Numbered from the stretch's first letter, positions 9,783 through 19,462 are shown. The stretch is 64,000 bases of DNA from an uncultured bacterium (GCA_963749495.1 CAVVMW010000006.1:128001-192000); one strand, 5' to 3'. Numbers and translations are program-made. Notes: a model not told the origin generated them from the sequence alone.

Positions 9783-10178
9783 ATGCACACGACCAAACTG
9801 GCTCAACTCATCAACCAGATGGAGAACTACCTCGAGTGCTGGAAGCAGTTCAACAGCTTCCTCAACCTCGGCCGCGAAAAACGACTCGGCCAGGAAGAAG
9901 AAACCCAGTTCCTCGAAGTCAAGAGCGTGCTCATTCAACAACTGGAACTCATCCTGTCCTCCATCGAGGTCGGCTCCCCCACGCGCGAGGAGGTCCACGC
10001 CCTCATCGGCAACGCCCCCTCCTTGCGCTATCTCAGTGAGTTGAACGACGGCGCCCTGCGCAACCTCGAAAACCAGTGGCACAAGATCTACATCGGCTGG
10101 CACGCCATCCTCGGCCAGTTGAAAGTCCGCCAACGCACCCAGGAGCACAAACACGCCTGGGCCGCGCTCTTCGGTTGA
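9783..10178 (+). CDS. Hypothetical alpha-helical protein
   Basis: Clean ORF MHTTKLAQLINQMENYLECWKQF..., co-oriented with the upstream genes. Confidence 0.75.
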   Translation: MHTTKLAQLINQMENYLECWKQFNSFLNLGREKRLGQEEETQFLEVKSVLIQQLELILSSIEVGSPTREEVHALIGNAPSLRYLSELNDGALRNLENQWHKIYIGWHAILGQLKVRQRTQEHKHAWAALFG

Positions 10179-10278
10179 GGCACCAGGGACGAAAGAATTC
10201 TGTCTCACACCCGGGAGGGTGCGACGCCAGACAATTTGCTTGCTCCCGCGACCCTGCCGCCCTATCCGTGTCGCTCGT

Positions 10279-10911
10279 ATGAACACGCCCTCTCCACACG
10301 CTCTCCCGGCCGTTCGGATCGCACTCGGACTGTTGGTCTCCCTCACTGCCGGTGAGGCCCAGGTGACGCCTCCGGCCACGCTGGTGCTCACTGAGGCCGA
10401 CAATGGGACCACGGTGGGTGCGGTCGTTGGGCAAGCGATCCAGGTCGATCTGCGCGGCAACCCGAGCACGGGCTACGCCTGGGTGCTGGCCGGCACCAAC
10501 GGCGGCTCGGTCCTGCCCAACGGACCAGTGGACTACACCCAGGATCCGGGCGGCGGGGTGGGACGTGGCGGCACCTTTGCCTTTCCGTTCCTGGCGGCGG
10601 GAGCGGGCGATACGACGCTCTCATTTGAGTATCGACCACCGGGAGGGGGTGCGCCTCCCCAGAGCTTTACGGTGACGATCCAGGTTGCCGCGGCGCCGCC
10701 ACCGCGGCTCTCTATCAAGCTGGTCCAGACGGCCGCGATTATTTCCTGGCCCATGGCCTCGAGCACCAACTTCTTCCTGGAGGGCTCTCCGGCCCTTGAC
10801 CCGCCGCAGTGGGCGGCGCTGAATGTGGCGCCATTGCCGGAGGGCACCAATTACACCGTTACACTCGGGGCCGGTGGCAAGGCACTCTATTTTCGGCTCC
10901 ATCACCTGTGA
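10279..10911 (+). CDS. Secreted chagasin-like (I42) cysteine protease inhibitor with a C-terminal domain
   Basis: LTEADNG...LRGNPSTGYAW...GVGRGG...F.YRPP I42 motifs; signal peptide. Confidence 0.85.
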   Translation: MNTPSPHALPAVRIALGLLVSLTAGEAQVTPPATLVLTEADNGTTVGAVVGQAIQVDLRGNPSTGYAWVLAGTNGGSVLPNGPVDYTQDPGGGVGRGGTFAFPFLAAGAGDTTLSFEYRPPGGGAPPQSFTVTIQVAAAPPPRLSIKLVQTAAIISWPMASSTNFFLEGSPALDPPQWAALNVAPLPEGTNYTVTLGAGGKALYFRLHHL

Positions 10912-10979
10912 GGCGGCTGGAGGATGCGGTGGTGGATGGGGGGGCATTCCGGCACCACCCCGCCGGCTGCGGCGAAATG

Positions 10980-11089
10980 GGAGTGCGCCCGTCCTCGGGC
11001 GCAGCGACATCCGCAGCCAGGGCAGCGGTCAAGCATTCCGGCGCGCCTGCCCGCTCCATCGCTGCTGCGCCCGGGGACGGGCGCACTCC
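10980..11089. repeat. REP-like family C (GGAGTGCGCCCGTCCTCGGGCGCAGC...GGACGGGCGCACTCC); second copy at 45982-46091
   Basis: 110-bp palindromic element with a near-identical second copy. Confidence 0.92.
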
Positions 11090-11175
11090 GGGGGGCAGTT
11101 TCGGGATACGCCCAGGATGCGGTGGTGGATGGGGCTGCGCTCGACAAGCGGGGGCGGCTCCTATATTCTGCGGTT

Positions 11176-11484
11176 ATGGGTCAGACAGCCGCGCCAGAAC
11201 TCCTGCCCGGAACCATCCAGGAGGCGGAAGACAAGCCCCGGTCGAACCTGGAGCCCGGCTACTTGGTGATCTGCTGGAACGACCCGGTCAACTACATGGA
11301 TTACGTGACGCACGTCTTCCAGGTGGTGTTCGGCTGGGCGCGGCAGAAGGCCCAGTTCCACATGCTGCAGGTCCACGAGCAGGGCAAGAGCGTGCTGACG
11401 CGGGAGAGCCTGGAAAAGGCGGAGCACTATGTGCACCAACTCCAGAAATACAGCCTGCACGCCACGATGGAGCAGGACCAGTGA
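11176..11484 (+). CDS. clpS: ATP-dependent Clp protease adaptor ClpS
   Basis: VICWNDPVNYMDYVTHVFQVVFG...MLQVHEQGKS. Confidence 0.93.
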   Translation: MGQTAAPELLPGTIQEAEDKPRSNLEPGYLVICWNDPVNYMDYVTHVFQVVFGWARQKAQFHMLQVHEQGKSVLTRESLEKAEHYVHQLQKYSLHATMEQDQ

Positions 11485-11485
11485 A

Positions 11486-11962
11486 GTGAACCTGATACGC
11501 ACAACCAAGACGCAGCTCCAGTTTCACCTGGCCAGGCGCGAGAAGCAGGTCCTGCTCAACCTGCTCCGGCTTTATCCGTGCCTGCCGCCGGCCCACCAAC
11601 GGCTGACCCGCTCCGGGCGGCTGCCCGAACCGGAGGCCAGCCAGCGGTTGCTCGATGAGGCCCTGGCCGAACAGCGGGAGCAAAACCGGGGCCACCTGCA
11701 GGCCCTGCTGGCCGACCCCGCGCGGCTGGCCCAACTGGAAACCGGCTGGCGCCTTTGCCTCTCGCCCGAGGACCTGGAATGGCTCCTCCAAATCCTCAAC
11801 GACATCCGCGTGGGGAGCTGGGTCAGGCTCGGCTCGCCCCAGGAACACCTCGACAAACTCGACCAACACACCGCCCCGCACTATTGGGCAATGGAGATGT
11901 CCGGCCATTTTCAGGCGGAATTCCTCGAGGCCCTCAGGGGCGAGACCGGCCAGCCTGGATGA
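11486..11962 (+). CDS. DUF2017-like protein
   Basis: Follows clpS; WLLQILNDIRVGSWVRLG resembles DUF2017, which follows clpS in Actinobacteria. Confidence 0.6.
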   Translation: MNLIRTTKTQLQFHLARREKQVLLNLLRLYPCLPPAHQRLTRSGRLPEPEASQRLLDEALAEQREQNRGHLQALLADPARLAQLETGWRLCLSPEDLEWLLQILNDIRVGSWVRLGSPQEHLDKLDQHTAPHYWAMEMSGHFQAEFLEALRGETGQPG

Positions 11963-12036
11963 TTGGAGTGATGGATTAGTGAATTGATGGATTGTTGGCC
12001 TGCCACCCATGCGGCCGGCGCCCGCGATACTGGGAA

Positions 12037-12074
12037 ACCCTGAACCCCGAACCCCGAACCCTGAACCCTGAACC
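12037..12074. repeat. Heptamer tandem repeat (AACCCYG)n
   Basis: aaccctg aaccccg aaccccg aaccctg aaccctg aacc. Confidence 0.9.
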
Positions 12075-12752
12075 GTGAAACCGCCCCCCATGCACCCGGC
12101 GATACTGGACAAACGGTTGAGATTCCCCGACCCGCGCCGGGCGGGCCCGGAGGGGTTGGTGGCGGTGGGGGGCGACATGTCGGTGGAGCGCCTGTTGCTA
12201 GCCTACCGCTCGGGACTCTTTCCGTGGACAGCGGACCCGCTGACGTGGTGGTCGCCCGATCCGCGCGCTATCCTCGAACTGGAGGGTCTGCGCGTGTCGC
12301 GCAGCCTGGCCAAGGTCATCCGGCGGGCGACCTTCGGGGTCACCCTGGACCGGGCCTTTGCGGAGGTGATGGCGGGGTGCGCGGCGCCCGGGCCCGGACG
12401 ACGGGAGACGTGGATTACGCCGGAGTTCATCGAGGCCTATACGGAACTGCACCGGCAGGGCCACGCCCACAGTCTCGAATGCTGGCAAGGAACCGAATTG
12501 GCCGGGGGCATTTACGGCGTGGCCATCGGCGGGTTTTTTGCCGGTGAATTGATGTTCCACCGCGCCAACAACGCATCGAAGGTCGCCCTTTACCATCTGG
12601 TCCAGCACTTGCGCCGCCGCGGCTTTGCCCTGTTCGACATCCAGATGCTCACCCGCGTGACGGCCCAACTCGGCGGCACCGGCATCCCGCGCGAGCAGTA
12701 TCTGCGGCGCCTCCAGCAGGCGGCGGCACTGGAGGTCGCGTGGCAACCTTGA
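12075..12752 (+). CDS. aat: Leucyl/phenylalanyl-tRNA--protein transferase
   Basis: GLVAVGGD, AYRSGLFPW, WWSPDPR, TWIT, AHSLECW and NASKVAL motifs. Confidence 0.95.
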   Translation: MKPPPMHPAILDKRLRFPDPRRAGPEGLVAVGGDMSVERLLLAYRSGLFPWTADPLTWWSPDPRAILELEGLRVSRSLAKVIRRATFGVTLDRAFAEVMAGCAAPGPGRRETWITPEFIEAYTELHRQGHAHSLECWQGTELAGGIYGVAIGGFFAGELMFHRANNASKVALYHLVQHLRRRGFALFDIQMLTRVTAQLGGTGIPREQYLRRLQQAAALEVAWQP

Positions 12753-12811
12753 ACTGAAAAATGCGCCCCAACGTAATGCCTCAGTAGAGGCGGGCCGGCA
12801 GAGCGGGCTGG

Positions 12812-12957
12812 CCCCTCACCCCGGCCCTCTCCCCATCGGATGGGGAGAGGGCGAATTGTCCGCAGCTCCCCGAGGAACCAGAGATGCCTGGAGGATCGAG
12901 AGGCTGCCGACGCTTCTCCCTCTCCCCTTCGGAAGGGGAGAGGGTTGGGGTGAGGGG
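12812..12957. repeat. REP-like family D (CCCCTCACCCCGGCCCTCTCCCC..GGGGAGAGGG); also 40522-40562, 41450-41487, 41736-41777
   Basis: Paired inverted hairpins recurring five or more times. Confidence 0.9.
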
Positions 12958-13208
12958 TCGGCTGGGGATTGCGCATCCTCCTTCACTGACCGGTTACGCC
13001 GCAACGCCGCGCAACACGGTCCTGACGGCGCGGCGCTAATCATTGGGTACCCAGCCCTTGCCGGGACGATATTCCCGGCTGCCGGACGAGGTGCTGCAAC
13101 CGGCGGCGATGAGCGCCGCCACCAACACGAGCAACAGACAAAGCTTTGACATGCCCGGAATTTAGTCCAGATTGTGCCTGCGGTGCAAGCCGGAGCCACA
13201 ACGGGCAT

Positions 13209-13769
13209 ATGCCTGAGAAACCAATGTTCTTGAAGGGCCAGTTGCTTCTGGACAGCGGCCAGTTGCGGGGCTCGTTTTTTCAGCGGACCGTGGTCCTGAT
13301 TTGCCAGCACGACGCCGAAGGGGCCTTCGGCCTGGTGCTCAATCGGGCAACCGGCAACAAGGTGGGCGACGTGATTGTAGCCGACCTGCCTGAGATCCTC
13401 AAGGAGTGCCCGCTTTATCTGGGCGGCCCGGTCCAGTCCTCCGCCTTGAGCTTTCTGCACAGCGACACCTTCATGCCCGACGGCAACGTGATCCCGAACC
13501 TGAGCCTGGGCCATTCCCTGGATTCGCTCATCGAGATCGGCGAATCCTTTGCCCCGACCCGAAAGGTCCGGCTCTTCGCCGGCTACGCCGGATGGAGCCC
13601 GGGCCAACTCGAAGACGAGATGAAGCGCAAGGCCTGGCTCACCCATCCCGCATCGCTCGAACTGGTCTTCGACCCGGACACCGAGGGGCTGTGGCAGAAG
13701 ATCCTGCGCCAAAAGGGGTGGCAATACAAATTGCTGGCCCAGATGCCGGAGGACCCGTCGCGGAATTGA
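13209..13769 (+). CDS. YqgE/AlgH family protein
   Basis: FQRTVVLICQH..GAFGLVLNR, YLGGPV, FAGYAGWSPGQLEDE. Confidence 0.93.
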   Translation: MPEKPMFLKGQLLLDSGQLRGSFFQRTVVLICQHDAEGAFGLVLNRATGNKVGDVIVADLPEILKECPLYLGGPVQSSALSFLHSDTFMPDGNVIPNLSLGHSLDSLIEIGESFAPTRKVRLFAGYAGWSPGQLEDEMKRKAWLTHPASLELVFDPDTEGLWQKILRQKGWQYKLLAQMPEDPSRN

Positions 13770-13889
13770 ACGGAATGAAAACTCTGTCGCAGCCTTTGTC
13801 GCAGCCTTTGTCGGATTCGCCATTTTTCGACAAAGGTCGCGACAAAGGCTGCGACAAAGCTGCGCAATCGGAGTTGTTCCGACAGGCCC

Positions 13890-15602
13890 TCAGGCCTTCA
13901 GCGACCGTATCCCGGCCTGGGCTTCCTCGAGGGAGAGCAGTTGGGCCTTGGGTTCGCGGCGGAGCTTGAACTCGACCTTGCCCTGTTCGAGGGTGCGTTT
14001 GCTGATGGTGAGCCGGGCGGGGATGCCGATGAGGTCGGCATCGCTGAATTTCTCGCCGGCGCGGGCGGGGCGGTCGTCGAAGAGGGCCTCCAGGCCGGCC
14101 TGTTGGAGGTGCTGGTAGATCTGCTCGGCTTGGGCGCTGACGGCGGGGTCTTCGAGGTTGAGCCCGATGAGGTGGACATCGAACGGGGCGATGGCGCGCG
14201 ACCAGATGATGCCTTTGTCGTCGTGGTTCTGCTCGATCCAGGCGGCGGCCATGCGGGAGATGCCGATGCCGTAGCAGCCCATGATGACCGGCTGGGATTT
14301 GCCCTGGGCGTCGAGGTAGCGGCAGTTCATCGCCTCGGAGTACTTGGTGCCGAGCTTGAAGATATGGCCCACCTCGATGCCGCGCGCGGCCTGCAACCGG
14401 CCCTCGCAACGCGGACAGCCTTCGGCCTCCCTGGCCAGCTTGAAATCGCCGAACTGGGGCGGAGGCAGGTCAGGCCCGAAGTTGACGTTGATGTTGTGGT
14501 AGTTGGTCTGGTTGGCACCGCACTCGAAATTGACGCGGTTGCCGGCGTATTGGTCGGCCAGGATACGCACCGCAGGAGGCAGGCCGATGGGCCCGGCATA
14601 ACCGACCTCGGCGCCGGTCAGTTTCTTGATGGTCTCGGGCGAGGCGAGGCGCAGGACCTTGCAGCCCAGGAGATTGGCCACCTTGGTTTCGTTGACCTCG
14701 CAATCGCCGCGCACCGCCACGGCCACCGGCTGGTCGTCGGCCTGGTAGATCAGCGTCTTGGTGGTCTTCCAGACCGGGATGTTCAGGAATCGGGCCAGCG
14801 GTTCTACGCCGATGAGGCCCTCGCCCAGGACGGCCTGCATGGCCTTGGGCTCTGGGTCCTGCGGGAATTCTTCGAGCCGGGATTGGGCCCGTTCCTGGTT
14901 GGCCGCGTAGTCGCAGCGGTCGCAAAAGAGGATCGTGTCCTCGCCGTTGTCAGCCAGGACCATGAATTCCTGGCTGCCGCTGCCGCCGATGGCGCCGGGG
15001 TCGGCCTCGACGGCGCGGTAGCGGAAGCCGATGCGCTCGCAAATCCGGTGATAGGCCCGCCGCATGGCGTCGTAGGCCGCCTCCAGGCCCGCCTCGTCCG
15101 CGTCGAAGCTGTAGGCGTCCTTCATGATGAACTCGCGGGCGCGCATCAGGCCGAACCGGGGCCGGATTTCGTCCCGGAACTTGGTCTGGATCTGGAAGGC
15201 GCACTTGGGCAGGTCTTTGTAGGACTTGACCTCGCGCCGGAGGACATCGGTGATGACCTCCTCGTGGGTCGGCCCCAGGCAGGCGGTGGCGCCCCGGCGG
15301 TCTTTGAACGAGAACATGATGCCGTCCACCGCCGTATAACGCTCCCAGCGGCCGGACTCGACCCACAACTCGCGCGGCTGGAGCGCGGGCAGGAGCAGTT
15401 CGACGCCGCCGGCGGCCTCCATTTCCTCGCGCACGATTTGCGAGATCTTGCCCAGGGTGCGGTGAAGCAGGGGCAGATAATTATAGACGCCGGCGCAGAG
15501 TTGCTGGATGTAGCCGGCCCGCAGCATCAGGGCGTGCGCGGCGGTCTGCGCGTCCTTTGGCGCCTCGCGCAGCGTCTTGCCCAGAAGTCGAGACTGTTTC
15601 AT
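13890..15602 (-). CDS. proS: Proline--tRNA ligase (with INS editing domain)
   Basis: LGPTHEE, KFRDEIRPRFGLMRAREFIMKDAYSFD, IEVGHIFKLGTKYS and MGCYGIG motifs. Confidence 0.98.
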   Translation of the reverse strand: MKQSRLLGKTLREAPKDAQTAAHALMLRAGYIQQLCAGVYNYLPLLHRTLGKISQIVREEMEAAGGVELLLPALQPRELWVESGRWERYTAVDGIMFSFKDRRGATACLGPTHEEVITDVLRREVKSYKDLPKCAFQIQTKFRDEIRPRFGLMRAREFIMKDAYSFDADEAGLEAAYDAMRRAYHRICERIGFRYRAVEADPGAIGGSGSQEFMVLADNGEDTILFCDRCDYAANQERAQSRLEEFPQDPEPKAMQAVLGEGLIGVEPLARFLNIPVWKTTKTLIYQADDQPVAVAVRGDCEVNETKVANLLGCKVLRLASPETIKKLTGAEVGYAGPIGLPPAVRILADQYAGNRVNFECGANQTNYHNINVNFGPDLPPPQFGDFKLAREAEGCPRCEGRLQAARGIEVGHIFKLGTKYSEAMNCRYLDAQGKSQPVIMGCYGIGISRMAAAWIEQNHDDKGIIWSRAIAPFDVHLIGLNLEDPAVSAQAEQIYQHLQQAGLEALFDDRPARAGEKFSDADLIGIPARLTISKRTLEQGKVEFKLRREPKAQLLSLEEAQAGIRSLKA

Positions 15603-15796
15603 GTGCGCCTATCCAGTGCCCCAAAAAGGCCCCCGCCGCAAGGACAGAGTGGGGGGAGGGGCGAGGGACGAGGGACGACGGAGGAGGGACGAGGAAGAGA
15701 AAAGGGGCCGGTGTTCTGGCGCATAAACACGGATCGCCCAGGAGCGGGGCAATCCAACTGCCTTGCTTCCCCCGGAACATTGGATACAATGCCCTC

Positions 15797-16036
15797 ATGA
15801 GCTACAGAACGGTGGAAGTCGAGCTGGAAAACGGGCGTGTGCAGCCGTCCGGCCCGGAATCGCTGCCGGCCAAGGCCCGTGCGCTTCTGACCATTCTGGC
15901 TGCTGAGCAGCCCCCCGACTCGGAAAGGGCCGACGGCTCGCTCGCCGAGCGTGTTGCGGACCTGGTCGGCATCGGCCGCGGCCAGTGCACGGACCTCTCG
16001 ACCAACAAGGCCCACCTGGAGGACTTCGGCCGATGA
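15797..16036 (+). CDS. Putative type II antitoxin
   Basis: 79-aa protein ending DLSTNKAHLEDFGR, a typical VapB-type C-terminus; ATGA overlap with a toxin stub. Confidence 0.7.
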   Translation: MSYRTVEVELENGRVQPSGPESLPAKARALLTILAAEQPPDSERADGSLAERVADLVGIGRGQCTDLSTNKAHLEDFGR

Positions 16037-16127
16037 ATCGGCCATCTGCACCCTCGATGGGCGGCTCCGGTTCTTCCGAAAGAACCAGCGAGAGGTGATT
16101 CCCGTTCTCGCACCTTTCTCCCAGTAG
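16033..16127 (+). pseudogene. PIN/VapC toxin stub (start codon plus C-terminal tail only)
   Basis: ATG at 16033, then out of frame AICTLDGRLRFFRKNQREVIPVLAPFSQ*, matching PIN-toxin C-termini (TLD..F..YR.....IP). Confidence 0.7.
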
Positions 16128-16397
16128 CTGGGCAACGTTGAACTCGCTGGAGGTCTGGCCGGTGTGCTCGCAGGGCCGGCTCTCCAACCACCTCCTGAGC
16201 CTGTCCCGCCCCTTGTTGTCCACGGCGGCGCTCCACAGGCCGTGATGCGAGAAGGCCACCTTCACGCAGAATTGGCGGCATTCGTCAATCATGCATTTGC
16301 TGCCGTGCTAAACTCGCAAATGCACTGACACGCTGTTCTGGTTCCTTGACATCGTGCGCGTAATTCGCCAGCGTGCGTTGGCGCTAAGAATTGTCCT

Positions 16398-17246
16398 ATG
16401 TCTGAGAAGCACCAGTTGCAGTTGCTACGGACGTTTCAGAATCTGGTCCGGCGACACGGCTCGCTCCTGCGGCCGGAGGCCTCTCGCAACGGCGAGCGTA
16501 TGCCCTGGGCAGACGTGATGGAAGGATTTCTGGCGGTACAGCGCCGGACTGAGTTGGAGGAGAGACGGTGTGCCCCGGCTCGGCGTGCAAGGTGGGAGAT
16601 GTTGCTGCATGGGCATGATCGGGCTCGGCGCGACTGGGCGGCGCGCCAGAAAAAAACCGCTGACGATTTCAACCTGCTCGATGTCCTCGAGGCGACGGAT
16701 GACGAGCTACGTCATTCGGCAATGTTGGCTTGGCTGCTTGAACACAGGATGGAACATGGCGGGACGCATGCGCAGGGAAACCTGGGCTTCCGGCTCTTCT
16801 TAGAGGAACTGGGATTGCCGGCTGAATACGCGGAAGACGCTTATTGGGTCCGCCGTGAGGTGGTGGGTGACACGTCCAGGGTCAATATCGAAGTGGCCGC
16901 CCGCGGACGCTTCATTATCCATATTGAGAACAAGGTGCGGGCTGCCGAAGGTGACAACCAAACAGGGCGAGAGTGGGAAGATTTAGGGAGGCGGGCTGAT
17001 GCGCTCGGCGTCAAGCGATCTCGAAGGGCCGGATCTCCAGGGGACTTGCACGCCCTGTTCCTCACTCCTGAGGGCAGAACGCCCACAAATCGCAATTTTC
17101 AGGCCGTAGCGTGGAGCCGCATCGCGCGGGTAGTGGAGAATTTTGCAATGAAGGCCGAGGCGCCGGATGTCAGGTTGTTTGCGGCGCATTACGCCAAGGC
17201 GCTGCAGAAGTTCGTAGTCATGCAACCCAAAATTGAGGAGAATTGA
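16398..17246 (+). CDS. PD-(D/E)XK nuclease family protein (PDDEXK_4-like)
   Basis: FNLLDVL...ELRHSAMLAWLL...H.QG...RVNIEV..IHIENKV.A.E..NQ...LFLTPEG. Confidence 0.82.
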   Translation: MSEKHQLQLLRTFQNLVRRHGSLLRPEASRNGERMPWADVMEGFLAVQRRTELEERRCAPARRARWEMLLHGHDRARRDWAARQKKTADDFNLLDVLEATDDELRHSAMLAWLLEHRMEHGGTHAQGNLGFRLFLEELGLPAEYAEDAYWVRREVVGDTSRVNIEVAARGRFIIHIENKVRAAEGDNQTGREWEDLGRRADALGVKRSRRAGSPGDLHALFLTPEGRTPTNRNFQAVAWSRIARVVENFAMKAEAPDVRLFAAHYAKALQKFVVMQPKIEEN

Positions 17247-17247
17247 T

Positions 17248-17869
17248 ATGACAAACCAACGATTTAGGGACCACGAATTGTTTTTGCTGAAAAACTGGGC
17301 CAACGCTCGGTTGCTCGAAGAATCAATGGAGGCCGTCCGCGAGCAATACGAAGAGGTGTTTGGTGACGTGCTGGATGCGGTTCAGAAGGAGCACAAGGAG
17401 TTGGAGAGCCGAGCCATCCACAACAGCCTTGCGGACGGTGGCTACGTTGGCATTGCCAAGCAAACATGGGCATGCCACTGGCCTGGCTGGGAGCCGCCTG
17501 GGCTCTGGGTTGGGGACATCGCTCTGGAGAACCTCGTGTCGGAGGACGGGGACGCTCCCGAGGCGTACATCAAGGTGGAATCGTACCGATGGCATGCAGG
17601 TGGACCTCAAACGAGCGGAGTGCGCACTCCAGAAACGTGCTGGAAAGATCCTGAGCGAAAAGGAGTTGAAGCGGATGCGGGTCACGGGTGCGAAAAGCAA
17701 GATCTACTACAGTTACGAACTGACGGAGTCGCGCAAGGAATTGTTGGAGCTTCTGGCCAACGATTTGGACCAGTTCATCGAGCGAATGGTCGCCCATTTT
17801 GAGACGCTTGCGGGGTTCATCCCGGCGTTGGATGAGATCTTCGAAAAAACCACGCGCAAACGGAAATGA
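17248..17869 (+). CDS. Hypothetical protein (frameshift at ~17580)
   Basis: ORFs 17233..17802 and 17360..17869 are joinable; coupled to the nuclease gene. Confidence 0.6.
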
Positions 17870-17929
17870 GCCAGTGGGATTCTGACAGAAACGTGCCGAC
17901 GAGGCGTCCGCGCTCCTGTGTGGCGATCT

Positions 17930-18097
17930 GGGAAGCGCCACCGGGGAGGGGTCGAACCAGAGGTCCAAGGCTTCTCTGGCGTCGCGCACGGCCTCTTGCT
18001 CGGTGTCGCTCGCGGAGGCGCACCCGGGCAGTTCCGGGAAGAAGGCGGCCCAGCGCCCGGTCTGTGGATCCAACTCCACTACCAACCGAGGCTTCAT
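17930..18097 (-). CDS. HicB-like antitoxin (no hicA seen; 3' end uncertain)
   Basis: MKPRLVVELDPQTGRWAAFFPELPGCASASDTEQEAVRDAREALDLW, a HicB N-terminal domain. Confidence 0.8.
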
Positions 18098-18208
18098 GCC
18101 TGTCAGCCCGGGGCCTAGCGGCGGGACAGGCAAGCTCCCTTAGGGCGAGATAAGTTCTCGCGAGTACTTTATTGCCGGGTGCCCGAGGGTTGCGGCATCA
18201 TCCGTGAC

Positions 18209-19198
18209 ATGGAACCCGCGCCAGACGCGAACGACCAGCCGAGCCATACCGTACACGACCACTTTTTCCGGGAGGCCTTCGGCAACCTGGCTGCCGCCGC
18301 CGACTTCCTCCAATCTCACCTCCCGCCCGCCCTGACGGCCGCCATGGACTGGTCGAGCCTGGAATTGGTGCCTGCCAGCTTCATCGACCAGCACCTCCAA
18401 GCCCAGAGCGCCGATTTGCTCTACCGTGTCCGATGCGGTGGGCGCGCTTGCCTGATATACTGCCTCTTGGAGCACCAGACCACAGTGCCGGCGCACATGC
18501 CTCTGCGGTTGCTGGGCTACATGGTCCGAGTCTGGCAGGAGGAGTGCGGCAAGCCTGAGCGGGCGCGGGGCCAGCCACTGCCGGTCATCATTCCGCTGGT
18601 GCTTTACCAGGGGCCGGGGACCTGGAAGGTGTCGGCCCAATTCCTGGATGGGGTGGATTGGCCGGAGGGGCTGCGGGGGGTGTTGGAGCCGTTGGTGCCG
18701 AAGTTCGAGCACGTCCTGGTGGACTTGGGCGCGGTGAGCCTGGAGGAAGTGCGGGGCAAGCTGGCCGCGCGGGTGCTGTTAGGGCTGATGAAGGCGGCGC
18801 GGGCAGGGCTGGCGATGGAATGGTTCCGGCAGGAGTTGCCGTATTTGATGGAGATGATGAAGCAGGAGAACCTGGCGGGGCTGGTGCGGACGGCGGCACG
18901 GTATTGGTTTTGCACGACGGAAATTCCACCCTCGACATGGCAGGAGGAAGTGCTTAAATTGGAGGCGGGTCAAGCGACCCGATCATTTATGAGTCTGGCA
19001 GAGCAACTGATACTGGAAGGCAAACGCGAAGGGCTGCTGGAAGGCAAACGCGAAGGGATACTCCAAGGGCGGATTCTGGCGTTGCAAGAGGTTCTCGGCC
19101 TGCCGGCCAGCCCTTTGGAGGAGTTGTCGGCCATGGAGCTCGGGCAGTTGCAGGAACTGCTTGGCCGGCTCCAGGCCCAGCTTCGTTCCCGGTCGTGA
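18209..19198 (+). CDS. Rpn/YhgA-like recombination-promoting nuclease (Transposase_31)
   Basis: HDHFFR, SFID..L....ADLLY, LLEHQT, MPLRLLGY, PVIIPLVLYQG; C-terminal MSLAEQL..EGKREG repeats. Confidence 0.93.
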   Translation: MEPAPDANDQPSHTVHDHFFREAFGNLAAAADFLQSHLPPALTAAMDWSSLELVPASFIDQHLQAQSADLLYRVRCGGRACLIYCLLEHQTTVPAHMPLRLLGYMVRVWQEECGKPERARGQPLPVIIPLVLYQGPGTWKVSAQFLDGVDWPEGLRGVLEPLVPKFEHVLVDLGAVSLEEVRGKLAARVLLGLMKAARAGLAMEWFRQELPYLMEMMKQENLAGLVRTAARYWFCTTEIPPSTWQEEVLKLEAGQATRSFMSLAEQLILEGKREGLLEGKREGILQGRILALQEVLGLPASPLEELSAMELGQLQELLGRLQAQLRSRS

Positions 19199-19249
19199 GT
19201 CCTGGCGGGTAGCCGTTGCGACGTTCTTGAAAACCAGAGATGCCGCTGT

Positions 19250-19413
19250 CGGCGGCCTCCGTTTCCCCCTGCGCCATTTGCGAGATCTTGCCCAGGGTGC
19301 GGCGGTCTGCGCGTCCTTTGGCGCCTCGCGCAGCGTCTTGCCCAGAAGTCGAGACTGTTTCATGTGCGCCTATCCAGTGCCCCAAAAAGGCCCCCGCCGC
19401 AAGGACAGAGTGG
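19250..19413 (-). pseudogene. Duplicate of the proS 5' end plus leader, with an internal 79-bp deletion
   Basis: 19299-19413 is identical to 15538-15652 (115 bp); 19276-19302 is identical to 15436-15462; the two are joined at a GCGG microhomology. Confidence 0.93.
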
Positions 19414-19462
19414 ACAAAGGGCCGAAGGACGAGGGGCGAGGCGGCCGACGGCCTGCAGAGAT

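Noticed and set aside
13941..15800. Long ORFs antisense to proS and others (27894-29702, 33719-35236, 61906-63618)
   Set aside because: High-GC shadow ORFs opposite well-supported genes.
16135..16292. Possible minus-strand gene fragment
   Set aside because: No identifiable family motif.
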